Positions 15,374 to 24,182 of a DNA stretch of 52,215 nt are shown piece by piece (position 1 is the first letter of the stretch; every line of letters begins with the position of its first letter). The translations under genes were made by a program, and so were the position numbers. Source of the DNA: a virus; the IMG/VR virus record IMGVR_UViG_3300045988_073749. One strand, written 5' to 3'. The notes below the pieces were generated by a model, which worked only from the letters and a program-made list of their open reading frames with translations, was not told the origin of the DNA and searched no databases.

Positions 15374-17071
15374 TTAGATGTAGCTTGCGGACAGAGAGTA
15401 GCAGGCGATGCTTTCATACCCTCCGACCTTGGTGATCTGGACGCGGACACCCACCGCAAAGCTATCCGCAGTCTTCGCGGAATTGCTGAAAATGTGCTTG
15501 AGGCCGAGCTGTGCAGTCTCCCAGGTCGGCTCTTCGTCGTTGTAGTTGTTGCAGACCTGGATTGTCACGCCGTCCTCGTGGGCGTTGTACCGCATGGAGA
15601 CAAGGATTTTCTGAGCGGCGGCGCTGGTGTCATCCACCTTCCAGTCAAAGTCGATGATGGAGACGGACCGGGTAAAGGTGATGGTACGGGTGACGCTGTT
15701 CCCGGCGCTGTCCGAGACCTTGATAGTCATGGTGTGCGGCCCAGTGAGGGCGGCGAACTGCGCCGCCGTGAGCGCAAAGGTGTATTGGTGGTTCCGCTCT
15801 GCCGGGGTGATGGTATTAAGGGTCACACCATCCAGGCTCTCTACGATGGTGAGCGTGTCTCCGGCGTCCCCGTCGTTGACCGTGTACTGGAACGAGGGCG
15901 GCGTAGTCACCACGCCGAGCTGCTGATCGCTGCCGCTCACTGTCGGGTCTACATTGTGGGTGACGGTCCGGGTGGGGCTGGTGGTGTATGCGCTATACGC
16001 GGCCTTGCTGTCCTTGGCGCGGACCCGGTAGGCTACCGTGTTCATCGCCGTGGTGATCGTGTCGCTGAACTGCGTCGCAGCCCCGTCGTAGATTTTGGAC
16101 CATGCGCCGCTATTGTACTGCCGCTCAAGCTCGTAGCTTACGGCGTCGCTGTCCGGGTCCACCGACGCCGCCCAGGAGACGGTGAGACCTTTACCGCTCC
16201 GCACGTCCTCCGGCACGGTGATGGACGGGGGCGTGGTGGGGGCGTTATTCCAGATAATCGTGTAGTACCCCTCTCCATCCGGTGTATCAGATACCAAGAT
16301 GTCAGAGGACAGATTCAAAGCCGGGCGCACACCCCAGTTGCCGTAGTACGCGCTGTTGTAGTGGAGGCTCCCGTCCGAGTACACGCAGCGCACGTAGTAC
16401 GCGTTCGACGAATACGGGGAGCGGAGCCACCAGTACCAGAACTGCGACGCGCTCAAGCTGCTATTGGTGTACTCGCTGTTGCTCACGGCCTGAGCTGTGG
16501 GCTTGCACTGGCGGCTTGCGTTGTCGCTGAACATAGCCAGCTTCGTGCCCTCCGCGACGCCGTTCTCCGAACCGAGGCCAACCTCTGCCATGGACAGCAG
16601 AAAAATCTTGTCTTGGACGGTCTCGGACCCGCCGCCGTCCGTGCCGGGCTTTGCGACGGTCAGGGTGGTGGTGAGCAGCGCGGCCAGCATCTCCGCGCCG
16701 AAGCCGGTCAGGAAGCCGGATTGTGCGTCGTACGCGTTGTGGCCGTTCCAGACGTAGGAATTGGACGGGGGCCGGTCATAGCTGTGCTGGGCCTGATACC
16801 AGCCGGTCCCGCTCTTATTGAGCCACTGGCGGATGTTAGCCAGGGAATAGCGGTTGTTGCCGTATCTCTCCCGGTCCAAGATGCCGTCGCTCTCCATAGC
16901 GTCGAAGCAGCAGATTTTGATGATGCTCTCGGCCACAAGGGTTGTGCTGTTGGCCGGATAGCCTGCGTGGTTTTTATCACCGATTTCCCAGCCGATGGGG
17001 ATGCCGTAATACTTAGTCTTTGCGTCCCGCACTTTCGCCTTTACGGGTAGGGCGCTGATTTTCTGCGGCAT
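15374..17071 (-). CDS. DGR target protein 1: DUF6273-like/C-type-lectin-fold domain carrying VR1, followed by Fn3/Ig-like C-terminal domains (receptor-binding candidate)
   Basis: ...FLLSMAEVG...FWYWWLRSPYSSNAYYVRCVYSDGSLHYNSAYYGNWGVRPALNL...; contains VR1. Confidence 0.8.
   Translation of the reverse strand: MPQKISALPVKAKVRDAKTKYYGIPIGWEIGDKNHAGYPANSTTLVAESIIKICCFDAMESDGILDRERYGNNRYSLANIRQWLNKSGTGWYQAQHSYDRPPSNSYVWNGHNAYDAQSGFLTGFGAEMLAALLTTTLTVAKPGTDGGGSETVQDKIFLLSMAEVGLGSENGVAEGTKLAMFSDNASRQCKPTAQAVSNSEYTNSSLSASQFWYWWLRSPYSSNAYYVRCVYSDGSLHYNSAYYGNWGVRPALNLSSDILVSDTPDGEGYYTIIWNNAPTTPPSITVPEDVRSGKGLTVSWAASVDPDSDAVSYELERQYNSGAWSKIYDGAATQFSDTITTAMNTVAYRVRAKDSKAAYSAYTTSPTRTVTHNVDPTVSGSDQQLGVVTTPPSFQYTVNDGDAGDTLTIVESLDGVTLNTITPAERNHQYTFALTAAQFAALTGPHTMTIKVSDSAGNSVTRTITFTRSVSIIDFDWKVDDTSAAAQKILVSMRYNAHEDGVTIQVCNNYNDEEPTWETAQLGLKHIFSNSAKTADSFAVGVRVQITKVGGYESIACYSLSASYI
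16318..16425 (-). repeat. DGR variable region VR1 (108 nt)
   Basis: Gap-free alignment to the TR; 10 mismatches, all at TR adenines. Confidence 0.9.
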
Positions 17072-18119
17072 GGTTTGACTTTACACTCCTTTCAAAGATG
17101 GAGGCGCAAACCGCGTCGTACTTGGTGATGAGTTCCCGGCATTGGCCGTGGGAAGCATGAGACCTCCAGCTCTGGTAGCTCTCTTCAATCTGCTTCCGGG
17201 TCATAGCGCCGTTTTCATACATCACCGCGTATTTCCGCAGCTTGCGCCTCATACGGTCTTTGCTGGAACGCCTAACTTTCCGTATTACCTTTCCGGTGTC
17301 GGTCAGGTATGTGTGGAAGCCCAAAAAGTCCAGGCCGTTCCGCAAGGGGAAGATCTGTGTCTTCTGGTTTAGCTCAAGACCTCTCGGGGTCAAGAACTGC
17401 TCGACTTTCCTCCACGCTTCACGAAGCGCCTCCTTGCTCTCGCAGATGATATAAAAATCATCCATGTAGCGGCCATAGTACCGCATTCGGAGGACTTCTT
17501 TGACGTAGTGGTCGAGTTCATTCAGATACAATAGGGCGTACACCTGGGACGATTGATTGCCTATGGGGATGCCGACATTACCAGGGGTGCTATCTATGAT
17601 AGCGTCGGACAAGGCCCGGCTCCGTGGGTCTGTGAGCAGCTTATTGACATCTCGCTTGAGAATGTCGTGCCGGATGCTGGCGAAGTAGTGCCGGACATCC
17701 GCTTTCAGGACCCAGCCGTCGGCGCTCCCGTGCTTCCGGTAATACTCCCGCATGAAGTCACGGAGGCGGTCGAGGCCGAAGTGGGTTCCCTTTCCGACTT
17801 GGCTCCCGTAGTTATCCAGGATAAAGGGGCGGCTCAGGACGGGGTAAAGGATGTTGTCGCAAAAGGCGTGTTGCACGATTTTGTCCTTGACGCTGTTCGT
17901 CTGGATGAGGCGTCGCTTTGGCTCAAAGACGTAGAACTCATGGTAATTTCCAGGCTTGTAGAGACCGTCCCGCAGCTCAGCTTGCAGGACGGTGATCGCC
18001 TCCAGAGTGTTCAGCTCCACTTTGGCAACGGAGTCTTTCCATCGCTTGCCTTTCCTGGTTGCCCGATACGCCGCATAGAGATTAGCGAAGTCATAAACGA
18101 CTTCAAAATTCTGTTCCAT
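17013..18119 (-). CDS. DGR reverse transcriptase
   Basis: GIPIGNQSSQ, RYYGRYMDDF (YMDD), LGF; ATG 18119; the 3' end overlaps the target-1 start by 59 nt. Confidence 0.9.
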   Translation of the reverse strand: MEQNFEVVYDFANLYAAYRATRKGKRWKDSVAKVELNTLEAITVLQAELRDGLYKPGNYHEFYVFEPKRRLIQTNSVKDKIVQHAFCDNILYPVLSRPFILDNYGSQVGKGTHFGLDRLRDFMREYYRKHGSADGWVLKADVRHYFASIRHDILKRDVNKLLTDPRSRALSDAIIDSTPGNVGIPIGNQSSQVYALLYLNELDHYVKEVLRMRYYGRYMDDFYIICESKEALREAWRKVEQFLTPRGLELNQKTQIFPLRNGLDFLGFHTYLTDTGKVIRKVRRSSKDRMRRKLRKYAVMYENGAMTRKQIEESYQSWRSHASHGQCRELITKYDAVCASIFERSVKSNHAAENQRPTRKGESAGRKD

Positions 18120-18288
18120 AATAGGCACCTTGCGCCGCTGGTAGCGCCGAAGCTCCAATGGGCGAGCCTCAGCGCGTCGGCGCTATGTGTTTATCCCTGC
18201 CCTGTCAGGCCGGGACCGGATACGTCCTCCTTTGATGGTGGGCTTCTGCTTTCTCCCTTTCGGGTTACTCGGTCACGGTATTCCACCG

Positions 18289-18396
18289 AAGCCGGGCGCA
18301 CACCCCTGTTGCCGTTGTACGCGTTGTTGTTGTTGAGGCTCCCGTCCGAGTTCACGTAGCGCACGTTGTTCGCGTTCGACGAATTCGGGGAGCGGA
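18289..18396 (-). repeat. DGR template repeat (TR)
   Basis: AAC-rich pseudo-ORF (SPNSSNANNVRYVNSDGSLNNNNAYNGNRGVRPA) homologous to VR1 and VR2. Confidence 0.9.
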
Positions 18397-18448
18397 CAAG
18401 GCACACCCAGGGGGATGCACGTACAGGACGCACCCGCGGCCTCTCAAA

Positions 18449-18877
18449 TCATCGCCGTGCGCCGCCGGTCTGAACTTGCTGCCGGAAGCGCTCGGCGTCC
18501 TTTTTACGCCACGACGCGGCAAGGTTCTTTACGTCGGTGGTGAGGCCCGTCCAATATTCACACCGCCTGATGTCGATATACCCCTGCTCCAGAGCTATAT
18601 CCAGGAAGTTCAGGAAGACCTTGCAGTTGGTCAAGACCTCTTTCTGGAGGTCAAGGCGCGTGTTCATCTCAGCGACGGTCCGAGGGTATATCTCGTTGGC
18701 CGCTATGATGTCATGCAGGATTTGGATTGAGAGGTTCTGCATCCTCTGGCAGAGGGTGAAGCGCACCTTTTTAGGGAACAGCTTAGTGTTGTTCGTGAGC
18801 TGCAAGGTATGGTTTACCAGGTCTTTTGCCTTGCAGATGATGGTGAGTTCACCGTGCCGGTTCTGCAAACAGGACAC
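18449..18877 (-). CDS. avd: Accessory variability determinant (Avd-like four-helix-bundle protein)
   Basis: ...KAKDLVNHTLQLTNNTKLFPKKVRFTLCQRMQN...; sits upstream of TR-RT; the start may be TTG 18868. Confidence 0.7.
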   Translation of the reverse strand: MSCLQNRHGELTIICKAKDLVNHTLQLTNNTKLFPKKVRFTLCQRMQNLSIQILHDIIAANEIYPRTVAEMNTRLDLQKEVLTNCKVFLNFLDIALEQGYIDIRRCEYWTGLTTDVKNLAASWRKKDAERFRQQVQTGGARR

Positions 18878-19092
18878 CTCCTTTCACGCAGGGCCTCCAG
18901 CTCATCAGCCGGTACGCCGTCCACTTCGAGGACGCCGGGCCGGACGCGGATAGTGACCCTCTGGCCTTTATATCCCAAACCGCAGAGCACAAGCCCCTCC
19001 AGGCCCTCGCAGGGGCAAGGGGTCTCCAGCTCTGCGATAAGGTTCGGAATAAGACAGCTCGCCTCTTCGGGGCTGCAAAGTAGCCCCGTCAT
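18814..19092 (-). CDS. Hypothetical protein (92 aa)
   Basis: ATGA coupling to the tail-fibre stop at 19089-19092. Confidence 0.35.
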   Translation of the reverse strand: MTGLLCSPEEASCLIPNLIAELETPCPCEGLEGLVLCGLGYKGQRVTIRVRPGVLEVDGVPADELEALRERRCPVCRTGTVNSPSSARQKTW

Positions 19093-19817
19093 GCTGTGAT
19101 GGAGCGTCCGGTCTGGCTCCAAACTCCGTCGCGCATGGCGATACCGGCGAGGGTGGCAAAGTCGGCGGTCTTGTTGATGCCTCCGGGCATATCGCCGGAC
19201 ACCAGATCGTTGAGTAGGTCGATTGCGGCCGCATGGTCGCTCAGGGTGTTGGCGAGGCCGGAAACGTCGCTGATTTCATGGCTGTGGCCCAGGAGCGCAT
19301 ACTTTTCCAGGTCCACCACGCGGGCCAGGGCGTCCGGGTCGATGATGGCCGAAACGCTCGCCGCTGCGCCCACAATGTTGATGATGTTGAAAGTCACCAT
19401 CTTGTTTACCGGGCTGCCCTGGGGCCTCATCCACTCCGGCTTGCTCTGGAGGGGCAGATAGGAATAGGCAACGTCGCCCTCGCCCTCCGGGTCCTTGATG
19501 TAGAGCATGACGCCCTTGACGTAGAAGCCGGTCTCGACGCCCACGCTGGTAGCCTGGACCACCACCGTAGCCTCGCCGGTGCCGGTATTCTCACACTTGG
19601 CAATCATGGCGTCTCCGGCATACTCAATCGGGGCGGTCAGGTCTTCAACCACCGTCCCCTCCGGGAGATCGCCGCTGTCCAGCTCCGCCTTTGTGAACTG
19701 GATGCCGCCGCTCCCAGCCATGACTTTACCCAGGGCGGTGTAGCCGCTGTTGAGCAGCACCGCGCCCTCTTCGCTCTCCGCGATGTCGGGAGAGGCCAGA
19801 ATTTCTCTGTTTGGCAT
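19089..19817 (-). CDS. Tail fibre protein
   Basis: Follows the baseplate genes; ...LLGHSHEISDVSGLANTL... fibre-type motif. Confidence 0.6.
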   Translation of the reverse strand: MPNREILASPDIAESEEGAVLLNSGYTALGKVMAGSGGIQFTKAELDSGDLPEGTVVEDLTAPIEYAGDAMIAKCENTGTGEATVVVQATSVGVETGFYVKGVMLYIKDPEGEGDVAYSYLPLQSKPEWMRPQGSPVNKMVTFNIINIVGAAASVSAIIDPDALARVVDLEKYALLGHSHEISDVSGLANTLSDHAAAIDLLNDLVSGDMPGGINKTADFATLAGIAMRDGVWSQTGRSITA

Positions 19818-19821
19818 GGTA

Positions 19822-20511
19822 TTACCTCGCTTTCATAGATGCAGTTATCGACACGTCCTCCCACACGGCCAGGCCCACATAGCTGCGGGCGGTTGCTGTG
19901 CGGAAAGGGGTTGTCCTGGGTTTCGCCTCAATCTCATTGTAGATCAGCGCCGGGACCGCGTAGTAGCTCCGGGACCGGGCCGTGTGGTAGGTCCGCAGGA
20001 AAACACGGGTCCCGACGCCCGCCGCCGCGATGCGCTTCATCAGCTCAGCTATTAGGGGCGCGGCCTCCAGGCGCTCATAGTCCAGGACGGCTTCATCGAC
20101 ATAAATCCAGATTTTCGCCGGGAACAGCTCTCGGACCTCTATCTCCGATACGTCCACGTTGAAGAGCGAGGCCGCAGCGGAGATGATGGTGTCGATGTCG
20201 CCGCCGGAAAGCAGCGCAATCATCTTGATTTTGATGAGCAGGCGGTAAAAGGTATCGTCCGCTCCACCGCGAGCGACGCCGAAATTGGCTCCGTAGCGGT
20301 CCAGGACGGACCCTCTGGCATTGTCTATGTCATCCCATAGCTTGAGTCGGTCCGCGTTCTCGTGGATGATTTCAAGGCCCCAGGCGAGGGTTCCAAATAA
20401 GCGCCCGATGTTCGTCTCCATGGGGAGGCTGTGGCGGCTGTTGCGGATGTCTGACCGGGCATAGGCCCCGGTCAGATACTCCAGCATTTGAGACAGGTAG
20501 CCGTAGCTCAT
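19822..20511 (-). CDS. Baseplate protein (XkdU/DUF2313, Mu gp48-like)
   Basis: Position after the J-like gene; family assigned from memory. Confidence 0.55.
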   Translation of the reverse strand: MSYGYLSQMLEYLTGAYARSDIRNSRHSLPMETNIGRLFGTLAWGLEIIHENADRLKLWDDIDNARGSVLDRYGANFGVARGGADDTFYRLLIKIKMIALLSGGDIDTIISAAASLFNVDVSEIEVRELFPAKIWIYVDEAVLDYERLEAAPLIAELMKRIAAAGVGTRVFLRTYHTARSRSYYAVPALIYNEIEAKPRTTPFRTATARSYVGLAVWEDVSITASMKAR

Positions 20512-21698
20512 CAGCTCACCTCCGCGATGGTGATTTTGTCGGTCGAGGTCACGGCCTTTTCCCTGGTGTCAATGACGATATTCTCTTCCCCGTAGTCACT
20601 GGCGGTCTCGCTGATGCCCAGGTCGAAGTCCACCACGCCGGGGACAGACAGGATGACACCGGGCAAGGCCATATAGAGAACGTCCGAGCCGATAGTCAGG
20701 CCGCCCCGCACATCGCCGCCGATGTACTCCACCAGGGCCTCCTTGATGCGGTCCTGCCCATCGCCCGGAAAGTCGCTGTTGGTCTCCAGGTTCTTGATTT
20801 GAATATACACGGCAACAGTGGTCGGCCTGGAAAACTTGATGTTGATGCTCTGGCCGCTCTTGGCGATGACGGCGATAGAAGAGCTGCCGGAGGTCTGGAT
20901 GCCCGCCGCCTTGCGCCGGAAAATGGCCTGAGCGATGTCGGCGTCCAGGCCGCCGTAGACGATGGCCTCAATGCTGTGCGGTGGGAGGCCCAGGGCGTCG
21001 GTTTCGTCGGTGTCGTTCTCGTAGCAGATCGCGGAGTAAACCGCGTCCACGTTCTGCATGATTTCACCGGCGATGGCGTCCGCATTGACGCCGCCCGCGT
21101 AATCCACAGACTGATAGTAACGGTCCCGGAACTCTTCATCAGTTTCTCGGCCCCGCCCGCCGTCGATGGCCGCCGGGTTCGTGCAGGCGCTCACGCCGTC
21201 CATGGGGTTTGTGATTTCCTTAACCGTTCCGGCGGCCACGTTGTAGTCCGGTCCAGTCTCCACGGCCTGGACCGGCAACGTGACTTTCCCGGTATCGTCG
21301 ATGCGGCCGGCGGCCAGGACCGCATACTGCAATCCGGCCACGGTGCGGACCAGGAAGCCCACGGGGATAGGAGTACCGGCGGCGCCGGTGAACTCAACGT
21401 AGCCGGATGCCTTTTGCGCGGGAAGCAGGGACAGGCCGATAGCTTTCCCCAGGTTGTATAGGCTGGTCCCTACCGCCGTATCAACGAAACGGCTATTGTA
21501 GACATCTTCCATGAGACTGAACAGGATGTTCAGCATCCATGCGAAAATCCGCAGGAAGATACCCAGGGGGGACCGGACAGTCAGGTTGGCCTTGCTCCCG
21601 AACAGCTCCCGCGCCTTGTACTCAATGGCGTCCAGAAGCTCTACGTAAGTAGGTCGATGGAAGCCGCGCTCGGTCACGCCCCACTCTTGATTGCTCAT
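20511..21698 (-). CDS. Baseplate J-like protein
   Basis: 395 aa; synteny (gp25-like, then J, then gp48-like). Confidence 0.7.
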   Translation of the reverse strand: MSNQEWGVTERGFHRPTYVELLDAIEYKARELFGSKANLTVRSPLGIFLRIFAWMLNILFSLMEDVYNSRFVDTAVGTSLYNLGKAIGLSLLPAQKASGYVEFTGAAGTPIPVGFLVRTVAGLQYAVLAAGRIDDTGKVTLPVQAVETGPDYNVAAGTVKEITNPMDGVSACTNPAAIDGGRGRETDEEFRDRYYQSVDYAGGVNADAIAGEIMQNVDAVYSAICYENDTDETDALGLPPHSIEAIVYGGLDADIAQAIFRRKAAGIQTSGSSSIAVIAKSGQSINIKFSRPTTVAVYIQIKNLETNSDFPGDGQDRIKEALVEYIGGDVRGGLTIGSDVLYMALPGVILSVPGVVDFDLGISETASDYGEENIVIDTREKAVTSTDKITIAEVS

Positions 21699-22069
21699 GC
21701 TGTGCTCACCTCCGTAGTGATGGTATTGCCGCTCTGGAGGCGGCCAGTCACGGAGACCTCCAGGCCCCGGCCCACAAGCTCATAGTCAACGGCGCTCACT
21801 TCGGAAACCTGCGGCTCCTGAAAGACGGCGTCCCGAATTACCTCCGGGATTTCGTCATCTTCCAGCTCGCTCCGCTTCTTGCCCATGATGCGCTCATACT
21901 CTGTGCCGTGGGTAGGGTCAAAGGGGAACTCCCCTCGGTAGACCTCCAGCGTCAGCCGGACGGCCTGGGCGGTGGTATCATCGCCCGATATGGTCTCCAG
22001 CGCTCCGGCGTCATCGAGGATGAGGTCTCTGCTTTCGGGGTCGATTTTAAGGGTCCAGTTATCTTGCAT
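21695..22069 (-). CDS. Baseplate wedge protein (gp25/XkdS, DUF2634-like)
   Basis: 124 aa; ...AQAVRLTLEVYRGEFPFDPTHGTEY... Confidence 0.6.
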   Translation of the reverse strand: MQDNWTLKIDPESRDLILDDAGALETISGDDTTAQAVRLTLEVYRGEFPFDPTHGTEYERIMGKKRSELEDDEIPEVIRDAVFQEPQVSEVSAVDYELVGRGLEVSVTGRLQSGNTITTEVSTA

Positions 22070-22072
22070 ATC

Positions 22073-22411
22073 TCACCCTCCAATCAGAACGTCCCCGCTG
22101 CCAGCAGAGACGGACCCGGTGCCGTTGTGGGCGGCCAGGGCGTCCCCAATACGGGCGGCGGGCTTTCCGTTGATGAAGACGCTTCCGCTGCCCTGGGCGA
22201 TGCTCCCTTGGCTGCTCCCGCAGCAGGCGTCATTTTCGGTCGTGGTGCTTCCGACGTAGGCCGCCGGTTGTCCATTGATGAAAACGTCCCCGGAGCACCC
22301 GCCGGAGATCGTTCCCGTGATAGGGAGGGGACCGTGCGGGGTGGCGTGTCCGTTGTGCTCTCCCGCTGTGGTGCCTTGTATGGCGTCCCCTTGCCGTGCG
22401 GCTCCAGGCAT
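22073..22411 (-). CDS. PAAR-repeat spike-tip protein
   Basis: NGQPAAYVG and NGKPAARIGD motifs. Confidence 0.8.
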   Translation of the reverse strand: MPGAARQGDAIQGTTAGEHNGHATPHGPLPITGTISGGCSGDVFINGQPAAYVGSTTTENDACCGSSQGSIAQGSGSVFINGKPAARIGDALAAHNGTGSVSAGSGDVLIGG

Positions 22412-22425
22412 AGCGCATACCTCCC

Positions 22426-22962
22426 TCAGTTCAGGTTAACGGTGCCGCCGCTGGTGGTGAGGTCCCCTGTGATGGTGACATTTCCCTTGATGGCGATACC
22501 GCTTGGTGAGATGGACAGGTACACGCCGCCGTCGGCTGTCCCCAGGCTCAGGGACCCGGCGGGGTGGCCGGATATGGAGCTTCCGCCGGTGCGGATGCCG
22601 CCCACAAAGACAGCATCATCCCCGCTGTGCAGACGCTCGGTGTTGGGGTCTGCCTCCGCGCCTCCGGCGATAACGGCGTCGCTGTCCCGGTCCAGGTAGA
22701 CCACCACGCCAATGTCCCCGGCCTTGTAGACAGGACGGATGACAAAGCCGCCCCCGTAGATGGTAGCCACGGGGACGGCCAGGACCGGCGGCTTGGTTTG
22801 GAATGTATCTTCGTCAGGGTAACGGGTGATCGGCTGAACATCTACGGTGAGGGCCGCCTCATCAAAGGCGAGGACCTTTACAACGTCCGCAACGCAAAGG
22901 CCCGCCGCGTCCGCCTGTTTCTTGGCGTCCTCATAGGCTTGCTTTCGGTTTTGTCTCGGCAT
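22426..22962 (-). CDS. Baseplate central spike (gpV/Mu gp45-like)
   Basis: Size, position and the beta-rich C-terminus. Confidence 0.6.
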   Translation of the reverse strand: MPRQNRKQAYEDAKKQADAAGLCVADVVKVLAFDEAALTVDVQPITRYPDEDTFQTKPPVLAVPVATIYGGGFVIRPVYKAGDIGVVVYLDRDSDAVIAGGAEADPNTERLHSGDDAVFVGGIRTGGSSISGHPAGSLSLGTADGGVYLSISPSGIAIKGNVTITGDLTTSGGTVNLN

Positions 22963-22977
22963 GGTAAGGTCCCTCCT

Positions 22978-23823
22978 TTACGCCGGTTTCATTTCGATGG
23001 TGGTTTTCCAGTTGCCTTTCGGTGTGCCGGTGTGCTTCCCCTTTGCGACGATAAACCGCCCGTTGAGGCTCTGAGACTGGATGACAACTTGCTCCGCCGG
23101 TCCGATATGGTAATTGAGCAGGCACTCACGGGTCACATAGTTGCCCTCTTCGCTCTTGGTTGCGCTGCTTTTCTGGCTGTCGCTGCCCACGGCGATGACG
23201 GTTTCCTCGACCTCATTCCCGGACAGAAGCAAGCCGCTCTGAGGGGTGAGGACCAGGCCGTTTGCGATGCCCTTAGCCGGGTCATTGATGAAGACGCTCC
23301 CGTTGCGTATGAGGAACCGGCTCTTGCAGTCGTTCACCACAATGCGCTTGAGTTCGTCTTTTACCTTGCCGTTGCACACAAGGCCCCGGTCGTAGACCTT
23401 GTTCGCGGCCAGGGAGAAATCCCCGATTTCCACTCCAAAGATATTGAGCAGATCGGAGACAATCTCTTTCGCCGTGCTGCCCTTGGCGTAGGTCTTGGAG
23501 ACCTTGGAGTTGAGCCATTGGTCCATAGCGGCGGTCGCTGAGATTTCGGTAATCCACTCGGTATTTTGGTGCTTGTGGCTGCAAGCGCTCACTTGGCCGA
23601 CGAAAATAGCCCCCACGTCTCCCTCGTAGCCTGCATTGAGGATGATAACATCCCCACGCTTGATACCCTTTCGGGTGCTCTCGGACAGGTTGTAGGCTTT
23701 GAATTTGGCCGTCTGGATGGTGTCGCTGTCCTCAAAGGGGACCTCAAACTCAAAGTACAGATTGTCCATGCTGTACTTTTTGCTCCCAATCTGGAGACTG
23801 GCCTCTCTCATCCAGAAGCTCAT
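22978..23823 (-). CDS. Baseplate hub protein (XkdQ-like)
   Basis: ATG 23823 in an ATGA overlap with the upstream stop; synteny. Confidence 0.55.
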   Translation of the reverse strand: MSFWMREASLQIGSKKYSMDNLYFEFEVPFEDSDTIQTAKFKAYNLSESTRKGIKRGDVIILNAGYEGDVGAIFVGQVSACSHKHQNTEWITEISATAAMDQWLNSKVSKTYAKGSTAKEIVSDLLNIFGVEIGDFSLAANKVYDRGLVCNGKVKDELKRIVVNDCKSRFLIRNGSVFINDPAKGIANGLVLTPQSGLLLSGNEVEETVIAVGSDSQKSSATKSEEGNYVTRECLLNYHIGPAEQVVIQSQSLNGRFIVAKGKHTGTPKGNWKTTIEMKPA

Positions 23824-24176
23824 GCCGTCCCCTCCCTGTCGAAGAGATAGAGCTTGACCTCTTCCCCCAGGTTCTCCCACGTCACGGCATCCACATCGTC
23901 CCCCGTGAGGCACAAGGGAATGATGACCGGCAAGGGAAAGCGCTCATCCTCAATGGGGCCGAACAGTGGCCGCCCGTAGCGGATGGGGTCTCCATAGGCC
24001 AGTACTTCGCCGGTGGCCGTCACAGATAGGTCCAGGGTAAAGAAGCCGCCGGTGTCGTTGTATCGGATAGTAAAGGAATAGGTCTTGTCGCTGAGCTTCA
24101 CGGAAAAGGTGTAGGGGACCTTGCTCACGTCGATGTCGATATACTCAACCTCTTGCCCCAGGTCAATAAGCTGCAT
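23820..24176 (-). CDS. Small baseplate/tail protein (plug-like)
   Basis: Synteny only. Confidence 0.4.
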   Translation of the reverse strand: MQLIDLGQEVEYIDIDVSKVPYTFSVKLSDKTYSFTIRYNDTGGFFTLDLSVTATGEVLAYGDPIRYGRPLFGPIEDERFPLPVIIPLCLTGDDVDAVTWENLGEEVKLYLFDREGTA

Positions 24177-24182
24177 GGTCCG

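Noticed and set aside
14339-17050. Very long plus-strand ORFs (e.g. 14339..17050 at 903 aa, 32320..33870 at 516 aa, 38719..40140 at 473 aa, 7123..8109, 39945..41099)
   Set aside because: They are antisense shadows of well-supported minus-strand genes in GC-rich DNA. Their translations are Arg/Gly/Ala/Leu/Val-rich and low-complexity, and they lack an RBS or any recognisable family.
18191-18433. 80-aa ORF MRPVRASPWVCLVRSPNSSNANNVRYVNSDGSLNNNN...
   Set aside because: It is the DGR template repeat plus spacer read as protein. It is an Asn/AAC-rich copy of the VR, not a gene.
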